A DNA stretch of 25,982 nucleotides from Thermoproteota archaeon (lineage in GTDB: Archaea; Korarchaeota; JAOZGF01; JAOZFZ01), in contig JAOZFT010000037.1 of assembly GCA_027492035.1 (NCBI GenBank), forward strand, positions 1-25,982, written 5' to 3'. Shown here in pieces: positions 18,212 to 25,982 of the stretch (positions are counted from its first letter, which is position 1; every line of letters starts with the position of its first letter). The position numbers and the translations under genes are program-made. The notes under the pieces are model-generated. The model had not been told where the DNA came from. It ran no database searches and saw only the letters and a list, made by a program, of their open reading frames with translations.

Positions 18212-18436
18212 TATGAAAGCTATAAAGACAAATTTTCAGTTACTTTGCTTGTCACTAGTTTAAGGCGCCGGGCTCATAAACCCTAAACCTAAGTAAGTTG
18301 AGTGGCAAAATGATGGGGTGGAGATGTATGGGGGTGCCCTATGAAACATAGAGTAAATATAAAGCTGTTTCTATGACTTCTAGGGCTAGGCATTTGTTGG
18401 AAACTTTTTAAAATAGGGAAAACTGTGAAATTCTTT

Positions 18437-19144
18437 TTAAATGGCTAGGTATGCTTTTCTCACTTTTTCGCTTTTAAGTAAGTCCTTCCCCCTTCCTTCA
18501 AGTGTTATTTTACCGTTTTCAAGTATGTAGCCTCTGTCAGCTATTTCTAAACCTTTTGCAACGTTTTGTTCAACCAGTAAAATAGTTGTCCCTCTTTCTT
18601 TAAGGTTTTTTATTGCTTCGAAAACTTCTTCAACCAGTACAGGTGCTAAGCCGAGGGAGGGTTCATCAAGCATTAACAGGGATGGTTTAGACATTAAGCT
18701 TCTGGCTATGGCAAGCATTTGAGCTTCACCGCCGCTCAATGTCCTTGCAACTTGTTTCTTTCTTTCTTCTAGTCTAGGGAAGAGTTCAAACACTTCTTTT
18801 AAGGTTTCAAACCTTTGTTCTCTGGCTCTTTGGTTATATGCCCCCATTAAAAGATTTTCTGTAACTGTTAAGTTGGGAAATAAACGTCTACCTTCCGGAA
18901 CCAGAGAAATTCCTCTTTTAGATATTTCATGGGAAGGGAGGTTGGTGATTTCTTCGTTTTTAAAAAATATTTTTCCAGATTTAGGTTTCAAAACACCGGA
19001 TATGGTTAGTAGGGTTGTGGTTTTACCTGCTCCATTGGAGCCTATGATTGTCACCATTTCCCTTTCTTCAACTTTAAAGGATACGTCCCAAAGTACTTGA
19101 ACCATTCCGTAATAAACGTTGAGGTTACTTACTTCCAGAAACAA
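18437..19144 (-). CDS. livF: LIV-family ABC transporter ATP-binding protein (LivF-like)
   Basis: GSNGAGKTT, VPEGRRLF, LSGGEAQM, LDEPSLGLAP and VEQN. Start moved to TTG 19144 behind GGAGGT. Confidence 0.93.
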   Translation of the reverse strand: MFLEVSNLNVYYGMVQVLWDVSFKVEEREMVTIIGSNGAGKTTTLLTISGVLKPKSGKIFFKNEEITNLPSHEISKRGISLVPEGRRLFPNLTVTENLLMGAYNQRAREQRFETLKEVFELFPRLEERKKQVARTLSGGEAQMLAIARSLMSKPSLLMLDEPSLGLAPVLVEEVFEAIKNLKERGTTILLVEQNVAKGLEIADRGYILENGKITLEGRGKDLLKSEKVRKAYLAI

Positions 19145-19151
19145 TTCCTTT

Positions 19152-19874
19152 TTACCTCCTTCCAAGATATGCTTCAATAACTTTTTCGTTGGAAGCAACT
19201 TCTTCAGGTTTTCCTTCAGCTATTTTTTCACCATAATGTAAAACAACTATGTAGTCTGAGATCCCCATTATGAAATGCATCACATGTTCAACCAGGCACA
19301 AAGTAATTTTCTTTTCTTCATTAACTTTACGAAGTAAAGCAATTAAGTTATCGATTTCTGTAGGAGTTAAACCGGCAGCTAATTCGTCTAACAGCAAAAG
19401 TTCAGGTTTAGCAGCTAAGGCTTGAGCTAAGGTGGTTAGCTTCATTTCCACAAGGTTAAGGTCTTTACATAAACGTTTCCTTAACTTAGATAAGCCTAAG
19501 AAATTAAGGGTTTCACTAATTATTTCTTCAACTTCTACCTCGTTTAGAGCATGGTTGTAGGCACCAACCCTTACTGCTTCTTCCACTGTTAATCCAAGGA
19601 AAGGCTTCACCACCTGAAAAGTTCTCCCTATACCTAGTTTAGCTATTTTGTGAGGAGGCTTTCCCGTTATTTCTTCATCTCTAAAATAAACTTTCCCTTC
19701 TTCTGGTTCATAAAAGCCGGTTATGACATTGAACAATGTTGTTTTACCTGCTCCGTTGGGACCTATTAAACCTAAAATTTGTCCTTTGCTTATCTCCATG
19801 TTTACTTTGTTTAAAGCCACTAAGCCTGCAAACTTCTTAGTGACATTCTCAACTTTTAATAGAGTGTTATTCAT
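19152..19874 (-). CDS. livG: LIV-family ABC transporter ATP-binding protein (LivG-like)
   Basis: GPNGAGKTT, GIGRTFQ, LLLDE, VEH and C-terminal VIEAYLG. Confidence 0.93.
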   Translation of the reverse strand: MNNTLLKVENVTKKFAGLVALNKVNMEISKGQILGLIGPNGAGKTTLFNVITGFYEPEEGKVYFRDEEITGKPPHKIAKLGIGRTFQVVKPFLGLTVEEAVRVGAYNHALNEVEVEEIISETLNFLGLSKLRKRLCKDLNLVEMKLTTLAQALAAKPELLLLDELAAGLTPTEIDNLIALLRKVNEEKKITLCLVEHVMHFIMGISDYIVVLHYGEKIAEGKPEEVASNEKVIEAYLGRR

Positions 19875-20878
19875 TTTTTTTCCTCCTTTTTCAAGGAAAA
19901 TAACCCAATTTTTGCGTAGACTTTGTTAAGTATGGCTGAAAGACCTTCAGGGAAGAAAAGAACAATAATCATTAAAATTGCTCCATAAAAAATTAAGTGT
20001 ATACCTGGAATCCACCCTCCTAAAACTGTTCTTAGGTACTCTGAAGCTGACTGCAAAATAAAGGTGGTGATAACAGGTGAATAAATCGACCCTAAGCCTC
20101 CAACTATTCCTAAAATAGCTATTTGTAAACTTATGTCAGTGTTGAACTGTGTAGGGTGGATGTAACCTGAAATCAAAGCAAAAAATGAACCTATAGTTCC
20201 TGTAATGAAGGCATAAATCATTAAACCCTTTAATTTAGTCATTCTTACATCTACACCAAGCATTTCGGCAGCATCTTCGTTCTCTCTTACAGAAAACAAA
20301 TAGTACCCGAGTTTACTCATTTTAACTTTAACATTTAAAAAGAGGACAATTGCTAAAGCAACCACTAAAATGTAGTAATAGTAGGAGTAGGGTAGTTTTA
20401 AGTAGTAAAGGGAACCATAGGTTCCTGGTAAATACCTTTCTTCAGGGCCTCCAACTTGTTCCCATACAGTGAAAAACTGCTTCAAAACAACCACTAAAGC
20501 TATTGTTGCTAAAGCGTACCAGACATCCTTCAAGCCAAACCTAAATGAGGGGTAACCAATAATGAAACCAAAAGCTGCAGCAATTAACCCTCCCGCAAAA
20601 ACACCTATTACTGGAGGAATGTTCCACCTTAGAAGTAAAGTTCCCATTGTGAAACAGCCTAAACCTGTAAATGCACCTGCTCCAAGATCAAGTTGGCCAC
20701 CGAACCCACCAATAATGTTCCAGGCACTCACAATTACCGCGTAAAGAAGAATATAAGTTAACACTAGAAGAAAGTAATTGTTGAATTGAAGAATGGGGGG
20801 AATTAAAGCTAAACCAACTGAAATTATAACTATAGACCGTAACTGCTTATATATTTCTCTTTTCATTGAAGATTTCAT
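19871..20878 (-). CDS. livM: LIV-family ABC transporter permease (LivM-like)
   Basis: Multi-TM protein with WNIIGGFGGQ, SVRENEDAAEMLGV, GGLGS and PEGL. Confidence 0.9.
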   Translation of the reverse strand: MKSSMKREIYKQLRSIVIISVGLALIPPILQFNNYFLLVLTYILLYAVIVSAWNIIGGFGGQLDLGAGAFTGLGCFTMGTLLLRWNIPPVIGVFAGGLIAAAFGFIIGYPSFRFGLKDVWYALATIALVVVLKQFFTVWEQVGGPEERYLPGTYGSLYYLKLPYSYYYYILVVALAIVLFLNVKVKMSKLGYYLFSVRENEDAAEMLGVDVRMTKLKGLMIYAFITGTIGSFFALISGYIHPTQFNTDISLQIAILGIVGGLGSIYSPVITTFILQSASEYLRTVLGGWIPGIHLIFYGAILMIIVLFFPEGLSAILNKVYAKIGLFSLKKEEKK

Positions 20879-20884
20879 TGGAAA

Positions 20885-21751
20885 TTACCTCTTTCCGAAA
20901 AGTCCTTTGGGTTTAAACCAAAGGAGCAGTATAAACAAAAGGTATACTATAGCTAAACTTGCTCTAGGGTCCCAGAAAGTTATTTCAATGCCTTGAGCGA
21001 TTCCAACAATTAAACCTGCAGCTAATACACCTGACAAACCTCCAAGACCACCCATGGCCACTATAACCCAACTTAAAAGCCCCCACGTCATACCTGACAT
21101 AGGCTCAACCTGTTGAAAAGTCATAATGAAACTGGCTGCTATAGCTATAATTGCACAACCTAAACCGAAAACTAAGGTATACATTTTTTTAACATTTACA
21201 CCTAACAAAGCTGCAGCAACTTTGTCATCGCTTGTAGCCCTTATAGCAATTCCGAAATAAGTCTTGGTTAAAATTAAATGTAAAACAATAAGCACAACTA
21301 AACTTACAATAGCTGTAGCTAACCTGGAAATTGAAATAACATAGTCTCCTACTTTAAACCCTCCCACGAGAACTTGGTACTGTAAACCTTTGGGTTCAGC
21401 ATGCCAGGCAGCTAAAGCAAAGTTACGGAGCAAAATAAGCAAACCTATGGTCACAGCTATTTGTGAAAGAGGTTGAGCCTCAATCACTTTATCTATAACT
21501 AACTTGTAAATAATAATTCCGAAAACAAAGAAGATAGGCGCCGTCAAAACAACAGTTGCAGAACCAGGAATAGCTAAAAACAAACTTATCCAGAAAGTTA
21601 GATACATAGCTACCATAACAAATTCTCCATGGCCAAAATTTATTATATCCATTACGCCAAACTGTAAAGCTAAACCTAAAGCCACTAACGAATAAACAAA
21701 CCCTAAAAGTGTACCATTTATCAAGTTTTGAATAAATAATTCTAAAGACAC
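20885..21751 (-). CDS. livH: LIV-family ABC transporter permease (LivH-like)
   Basis: LVALGL..QFGVMDIINFGHGE, GIAIRA...AALLGVN, GGLG and KPKGLFG. Start moved to GTG 21751 behind GGTGG. Confidence 0.9.
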   Translation of the reverse strand: MSLELFIQNLINGTLLGFVYSLVALGLALQFGVMDIINFGHGEFVMVAMYLTFWISLFLAIPGSATVVLTAPIFFVFGIIIYKLVIDKVIEAQPLSQIAVTIGLLILLRNFALAAWHAEPKGLQYQVLVGGFKVGDYVISISRLATAIVSLVVLIVLHLILTKTYFGIAIRATSDDKVAAALLGVNVKKMYTLVFGLGCAIIAIAASFIMTFQQVEPMSGMTWGLLSWVIVAMGGLGGLSGVLAAGLIVGIAQGIEITFWDPRASLAIVYLLFILLLWFKPKGLFGKR

Positions 21752-21831
21752 GGAAAGCCACCGTTTCAAAGGAAATTTCAAATTTTAAATCTGAAAAACC
21801 TCAAAGGAAAACTGCAAACTCAAAATGGCAC

Positions 21832-21853
21832 AAAAAAAGAAAAAAGGAAGGGA
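21832..21853 (-). terminator. Archaeal oligo-T terminator after the binding-protein gene
   Basis: Minus strand CCCTTCCTTTTTTCTTTTTTT directly after the stop codon at 21859. Confidence 0.5.
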
Positions 21854-21858
21854 AAGTT

Positions 21859-23181
21859 TTACTTAGATGGCATTGGGAATATTGGCTTAGTTGTTCTAAG
21901 TGCACGAGGCCAAACAAGTACAGGTTGGCCATTTTGCACCTGCAAAACCACAGCTTCAGCAAATTCATTGTCCCCGTGTGCATCGAACCTTATGTGCTGC
22001 GAAGGATAAAGTTCAGCAGCTGGACCACTTGTTATGTCGAGGGACAGGAATGCCTGTTTCAACACGTCAGGATTTAATGGATCTGAAGGGTTTATTTCTC
22101 CTGCTTTCTCAAGTGCTTCCTTAACCGTCCATAGAGAGTAAGCTATGATCCCACCTGCTTCTGTAGGCATTTTACCGTATCTCTTCTTGAATTCATTAAC
22201 AAACCATTTATTGTAAGGAGTGTTCAGCATAGGGTTGTAACTGTATGTTTGGGTGAATCCTTCAACGGCAGCCCCTGCAGCTTCTATTGAGCCAGGGTCA
22301 CAGTAGCCACATGCCCCTGAACCTGCAACAAGTAAGGGATGCCAACCCATTTCCCTCATTGTTTTAGCAATTAACACTCCATCATCGAAGTACGGAACAG
22401 AAACCACCACTTGAGGATTTTCAGATTTCAATTTACTAACTATGGGTGAAGCGTCTGAAATGTCATAAGGGTACTCAATATGATCTAGAACAGTTACTCC
22501 GTAAGTGTAGGCTTGATGTATAGCTCCTTCAGAAGTGTATTTCCCGAAAACTGAATCTTCATTTATAACTGAAATGTTTTTGAGTTCTACACCGTTTTCT
22601 TTAGCTGTTTCATAAGCAAACTCCATCGCTGTTTTTCCGTGAGCTGAGGATTTAGGACAAACCCTGAAAAAGTATTTGTAACCCTTCTCTGTCAAAAAGT
22701 CAACTAATGCATCACCTACAAGTATTACTTTCTCTCTCTCTGTAACTTCAGCCATAGCGGCTGTGTGCCTACTTATGTAGGCTCCAAGTATCACCACAGG
22801 GTGCTCACTTGAAATAAGTTGTTCAGCTGCTAATTTAGCCCCTTCATTGTCACTTTTAGTGTCTCCAACAACCAATTTTATTTTAGCTCCTCCAAGAGAT
22901 TTTATTCCCCCTTTAGCGTTGATGTCTTCAACAATTAATTCAGCAGCCTGCTTAGCTTCTGTACCGAACACTGCATGGGTACCTGTTAAAGGCTCTATCA
23001 AACCAATCTTGACTTCCTTTATTGCTGGTACTGTAGGGCTTGGTGAAGCTGTTGCAGTAGGTGAAGGTGTCGGTGTTGGACTTGGAGGCTGACCTACACA
23101 ACCAACTAAAAGAAATAAAGAAACTAGAAAAGTCACTGACAATATTTTAAATTTTTTGTCGAATCCCGTCTTAAAATTCAT
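21859..23181 (-). CDS. LIV-family ABC substrate-binding lipoprotein (LivK-like; ligand unknown)
   Basis: Signal peptide with lipobox-like LLVGC, Pro/Thr/Ser linker, then VKIG..PLTG, INAKGGI..LGG and YFFRV. Start moved to ATG 23181 behind AGGTGA. Confidence 0.9.
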   Translation of the reverse strand: MNFKTGFDKKFKILSVTFLVSLFLLVGCVGQPPSPTPTPSPTATASPSPTVPAIKEVKIGLIEPLTGTHAVFGTEAKQAAELIVEDINAKGGIKSLGGAKIKLVVGDTKSDNEGAKLAAEQLISSEHPVVILGAYISRHTAAMAEVTEREKVILVGDALVDFLTEKGYKYFFRVCPKSSAHGKTAMEFAYETAKENGVELKNISVINEDSVFGKYTSEGAIHQAYTYGVTVLDHIEYPYDISDASPIVSKLKSENPQVVVSVPYFDDGVLIAKTMREMGWHPLLVAGSGACGYCDPGSIEAAGAAVEGFTQTYSYNPMLNTPYNKWFVNEFKKRYGKMPTEAGGIIAYSLWTVKEALEKAGEINPSDPLNPDVLKQAFLSLDITSGPAAELYPSQHIRFDAHGDNEFAEAVVLQVQNGQPVLVWPRALRTTKPIFPMPSK

Positions 23182-23237
23182 TGATGTAATCACCTTTCTT
23201 CTGCACAGATTATTACTTATCTCCAAAAATAAACTGC

Positions 23238-23252
23238 TTTTTAAATCTTTTC
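23238..23252 (-). promoter_or_regulatory. BRE-TATA promoter of the ABC transporter operon
   Basis: Minus strand GAAAAGATTTAAAAA about 57 nt upstream of the ATG at 23181. Confidence 0.5.
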
Positions 23253-23669
23253 AAAAATGAAAATTCAATTTTTAAGAGGAGATACGTGAATCAGAAATAA
23301 ATAAAATCAAGGTTTATTCCCTAAAAAGTCAATTATAAACTCTTCACAAAGCTTAGATTTAACCGAAATCTTTACAAGGAAAAGTTTGGAAAAGAAAAAT
23401 CTTTTCTTTAAAAAGGTAGAAATTTACTGTTATTAAAGAAAAGGGAATTTGATAATTATAAGATGCTTCAGGTAAAAAAATTAGTTGCTACGAAACTCGA
23501 AAAAAGTAATTTATTAGTTGCTTTTTAAGTTTCTGTTTTTCCTTTGCAATAATTGATTTTTAACAGGGGAAAGAATACTTTTTGTGACAAAGCTTTAGAA
23601 ACTTTCAGAAACTATTGTTTTCCAGAAAAGACGAAATTAAAGGGCTTGTACACTTTTCAGAAAATTTTT

Positions 23670-25052
23670 TCAGTAAAGGAATGGGAAACCTAAATCCATT
23701 AATTCGCTCTTTATTTTATTGTAGAGTTCTGTGTACTCTTTTGATGGCTTTACTTTTTTCACATCGTAACATTCTTGGAATGTTTTCCCTAGAGGTGGGT
23801 TGTACCATTTATTTTCATACTTTATAATAACTTCTTTAACTAATTCATTCACGTCGTCACGCTTTATTTGTTCCTTAGCTGCACCCCAACCAACTTCGCA
23901 GGCCATTCTAGCTTCCATTGGAGTTGTTCTGTTTTTATGTTTGTTGCAGGCAACCCCTATTTCCCAAAGATTGCCCCCTGAAACTACACTGACTAATCCG
24001 TGGACCGCTGATTCATATAACACCATGGGTGTGCAGGGGCCTGCAGCAGCAAAACCGTTAGATGTTGAAATAAAGGAGCTGTTCCTGGCTATTGCTTGAT
24101 AAGTTAAACTAACTACCCATAAAAGTTCACGGGAGGTATTTGAGTTATTTCTTATATCTATGGGGAAGTAGTTTGACCAGTGAGCTTGGTTAACCATTAA
24201 ACCCTGTAAAAAGTGAGCAATACCAACTACAGCTGTACCTTCAGGCCCGCCGCAGTATCCTCCTTTCATGGGGCCGAAAAGTGCACCTACGTAGCAGCCG
24301 TATTCATGAAAATGCACCATTTTGTTAAGGAGGGAGAAATCGGTTTTTAATTCAGCTATGGAAGCAACGAAACGGGTATCTGTCAATCTTTCACCCCATT
24401 CTTGGTTGCTGGCAGCTATTTGGGCGGTGTCACTTATTGCGGTACCAACACTTTTCAGGAATAAACCGGGTCTACCCACTCTCCTAGCTGTTTCTCTGAA
24501 CATCATGGCATGCGCTATAGCTCCTTTAACCTCGAAAGGAGTATTTGCTTCTATGGGTCTTCCTTCAATTTCTTCCAATATTGGGGCACAAACTCCATCT
24601 GCAATAGGTTCTTGTAAGTAAGCCATGGTCATAGGTACAAAAATTTCTTCGTCGCAGGTTATGTCTGGACTTAAAAGACAGAAGGGCCTCCTTTTATCCT
24701 CTACTTTTCTATGCCACATTTCACTTGAATCTTTTCCAAATCCTGTTTTTATTTTTCCAGGGTGTAAAGCTAAGGCTTCCTTTACTTCATCCTCTTCAAA
24801 CGTTATTCTTCTATTGGTGGATTTACAGAAGGTTCCAGTTTCTAAATAGAGTTCATACCCTGCCCTCCATAAGTCGTCAGCTAATGAGTTGTCGTTTGGA
24901 ACAATGTTGTCAGGGTCAAATTTTATTCCATACTCTTTAATAACCTCTCTGAGCTTAGGCCAAAGTATTCTTAGATCGAAGTCTTTCTCCCTACAAAAGG
25001 GGCCTTTCTTGGCTTTGTCAAGAACTTCATTTATCCGCCATGGAGGAACCAT
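23670..25052 (-). CDS. mtmB: Monomethylamine:corrinoid methyltransferase (MtmB) family protein, pyrrolysine-free
   Basis: 460 aa, collinear with MtmB as recalled: GRPG, ELK.D, GGY.GG.E, AGPCT.M, TTPMEAR and GKTFQECYDVK.V.P..EY. No in-frame TAG. Family assignment is strong; substrate is unknown. Confidence 0.92.
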   Translation of the reverse strand: MVPPWRINEVLDKAKKGPFCREKDFDLRILWPKLREVIKEYGIKFDPDNIVPNDNSLADDLWRAGYELYLETGTFCKSTNRRITFEEDEVKEALALHPGKIKTGFGKDSSEMWHRKVEDKRRPFCLLSPDITCDEEIFVPMTMAYLQEPIADGVCAPILEEIEGRPIEANTPFEVKGAIAHAMMFRETARRVGRPGLFLKSVGTAISDTAQIAASNQEWGERLTDTRFVASIAELKTDFSLLNKMVHFHEYGCYVGALFGPMKGGYCGGPEGTAVVGIAHFLQGLMVNQAHWSNYFPIDIRNNSNTSRELLWVVSLTYQAIARNSSFISTSNGFAAAGPCTPMVLYESAVHGLVSVVSGGNLWEIGVACNKHKNRTTPMEARMACEVGWGAAKEQIKRDDVNELVKEVIIKYENKWYNPPLGKTFQECYDVKKVKPSKEYTELYNKIKSELMDLGFPFLY

Positions 25053-25054
25053 TT

Positions 25055-25723
25055 TTATTCTCCCTCATTGACAAGTTTAAGGGCTACTTTAACAGCTTTT
25101 TCAGCTGTTTCAGCCCATCCATCAGCTCCTATTTCTTCAGCCCATTCTTGAGTTGTTGAACCTCCACCTACTATTACGATAAACTTATCCCTCACTTTCA
25201 TTTCTTTCAGTAAATCTATCACCTCCTTCTGCGAACGCATTGTAGTTGTCATTAATGCTGATAAAGCTATTATGTCAGCTTTTGACTCTAAAGCAGCGTC
25301 AACAATATTTAGTGAAGATACGTCAGTTCCTAGATCTATTACTTCGAAACCGTTGACGTTTAGCAACAGTTTCACGATATTTTTACCTATGTCATGAATA
25401 TCGCCAGCCACGGTGGCTATAACAACTTTCCCCTTTTTATTAATGCTTCTTTCAATTTTACTCTCTTTTAACTTCTTCAAAAAAACTTCATTAGCTGCCT
25501 GTATAGCTTCAGCTGAAAACATTAAATCTGTTAAGAAGAAATCCCCCCTCTCAAATTTTTCCCCGACTTCTTTAGCTGTAGAAGTGACAACTGTATTAAT
25601 GGCTTCCAATGGGTCAAAACCCTCCTTAAGCAGCGAGTTTGCTATACGTTGTGCTTTTTCAGAGTCGCCTGCAATTATGCTTCTCCTTAATTCTTGAGTT
25701 AAGTCTTTCTTTAAATTAGACAC
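25055..25723 (-). CDS. Methyltransferase cognate corrinoid protein (MtmC/MtbC/MttC family)
   Basis: Cap domain VGEKFERGDFFLTDL, B12 motif GDIHDIGKNIV (DxHxxG), SALMTTT and VGGG...WAEEIGAD; ends 2 nt before the mtmB start. Start is GTG 25723 or 25732. Confidence 0.95.
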   Translation of the reverse strand: MSNLKKDLTQELRRSIIAGDSEKAQRIANSLLKEGFDPLEAINTVVTSTAKEVGEKFERGDFFLTDLMFSAEAIQAANEVFLKKLKESKIERSINKKGKVVIATVAGDIHDIGKNIVKLLLNVNGFEVIDLGTDVSSLNIVDAALESKADIIALSALMTTTMRSQKEVIDLLKEMKVRDKFIVIVGGGSTTQEWAEEIGADGWAETAEKAVKVALKLVNEGE

Positions 25724-25904
25724 TTCCCACACCTTTTTCCCAAGTTTTTACTTTTACACAAGAAAGTTTGCCTAAAAACCTTCCAAAGATTTTGGAAAGA
25801 AAAAAAGATTTACTTTTAGATTTTTCAACTTATTTTTTTAAACCTTTCAACTAAAAGAAAGGAAGGGATGTGCAATGTAATGCCTCTAAATGGGAGGTGT
25901 TTAA

Positions 25905-25982
25905 TTGAAAAAGATTATAATTCCTTACGGAGATAAAAAAAGTAGAGTTTAGAGTTCCTGAAAAGAATTTTAGATGTTTTTT
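25905..25982 (+). CDS. 5' fragment of a gene, probably LarA / nickel-dependent lactate racemase family
   Basis: GGAGGTG RBS, then TTG: MKKIIIPYGDKKVEFRVPEKNFRCF..., resembling the I.(L/I)PYG...V.E.N N-terminus of LarA-like proteins. Only 26 codons are visible. Confidence 0.45.

Noticed and set aside
23670-25052. Pyrrolysine recoding (amber readthrough, PYLIS) and methanogenesis
   Set aside because: The frame has no in-frame TAG and ends in TGA; no pyl or mcr genes are in the window.
1-25982. CRISPR array, rRNA, and the remaining short ORFs overlapping long genes
   Set aside because: No regularly spaced repeats or rRNA-like GC-rich segments were seen; the short ORFs are antisense or alternate-frame shadows of well-supported genes.

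Overview
AT-rich archaeal chromosomal segment. Archaeal signals include GGTG/GAGG ribosome-binding sites, BRE-TATA promoters, T-tract terminators and archaeal gene families; the gene set is compatible with a Bathyarchaeia-like anaerobe, which is inference only. The left edge holds a tyrosine integrase missed by the ORF track, truncated by the window and preceded by a tRNA-3'-end-like att remnant. Next come form III RuBisCO, an HTH-ACT regulator, a phosphoribosyltransferase plus fused GMP synthase, and the hps-phi-rpiA (RuMP/pentose) genes. These are followed by a divergent DUF1464 kinase-like gene, an orphan HerA-like ATPase, an ilvB-ilvH-leuA-cimA operon, a decayed orc1/cdc6 pseudogene (also absent from the ORF track) and a complete LIV-family ABC importer. 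The right end has a corrinoid protein plus MtmB-family methyltransferase pair and the start of a probable LarA-family gene. The most notable element is the MtmB homolog: it has no amber codon, carries an ordinary Lys at the pyrrolysine position, and appears to have lost the acidic methylamine-binding residues. Its position beside the importer suggests a pyrrolysine-independent uptake and demethylation system for an unknown methylated substrate. All family calls come from motif recognition, not database searches.
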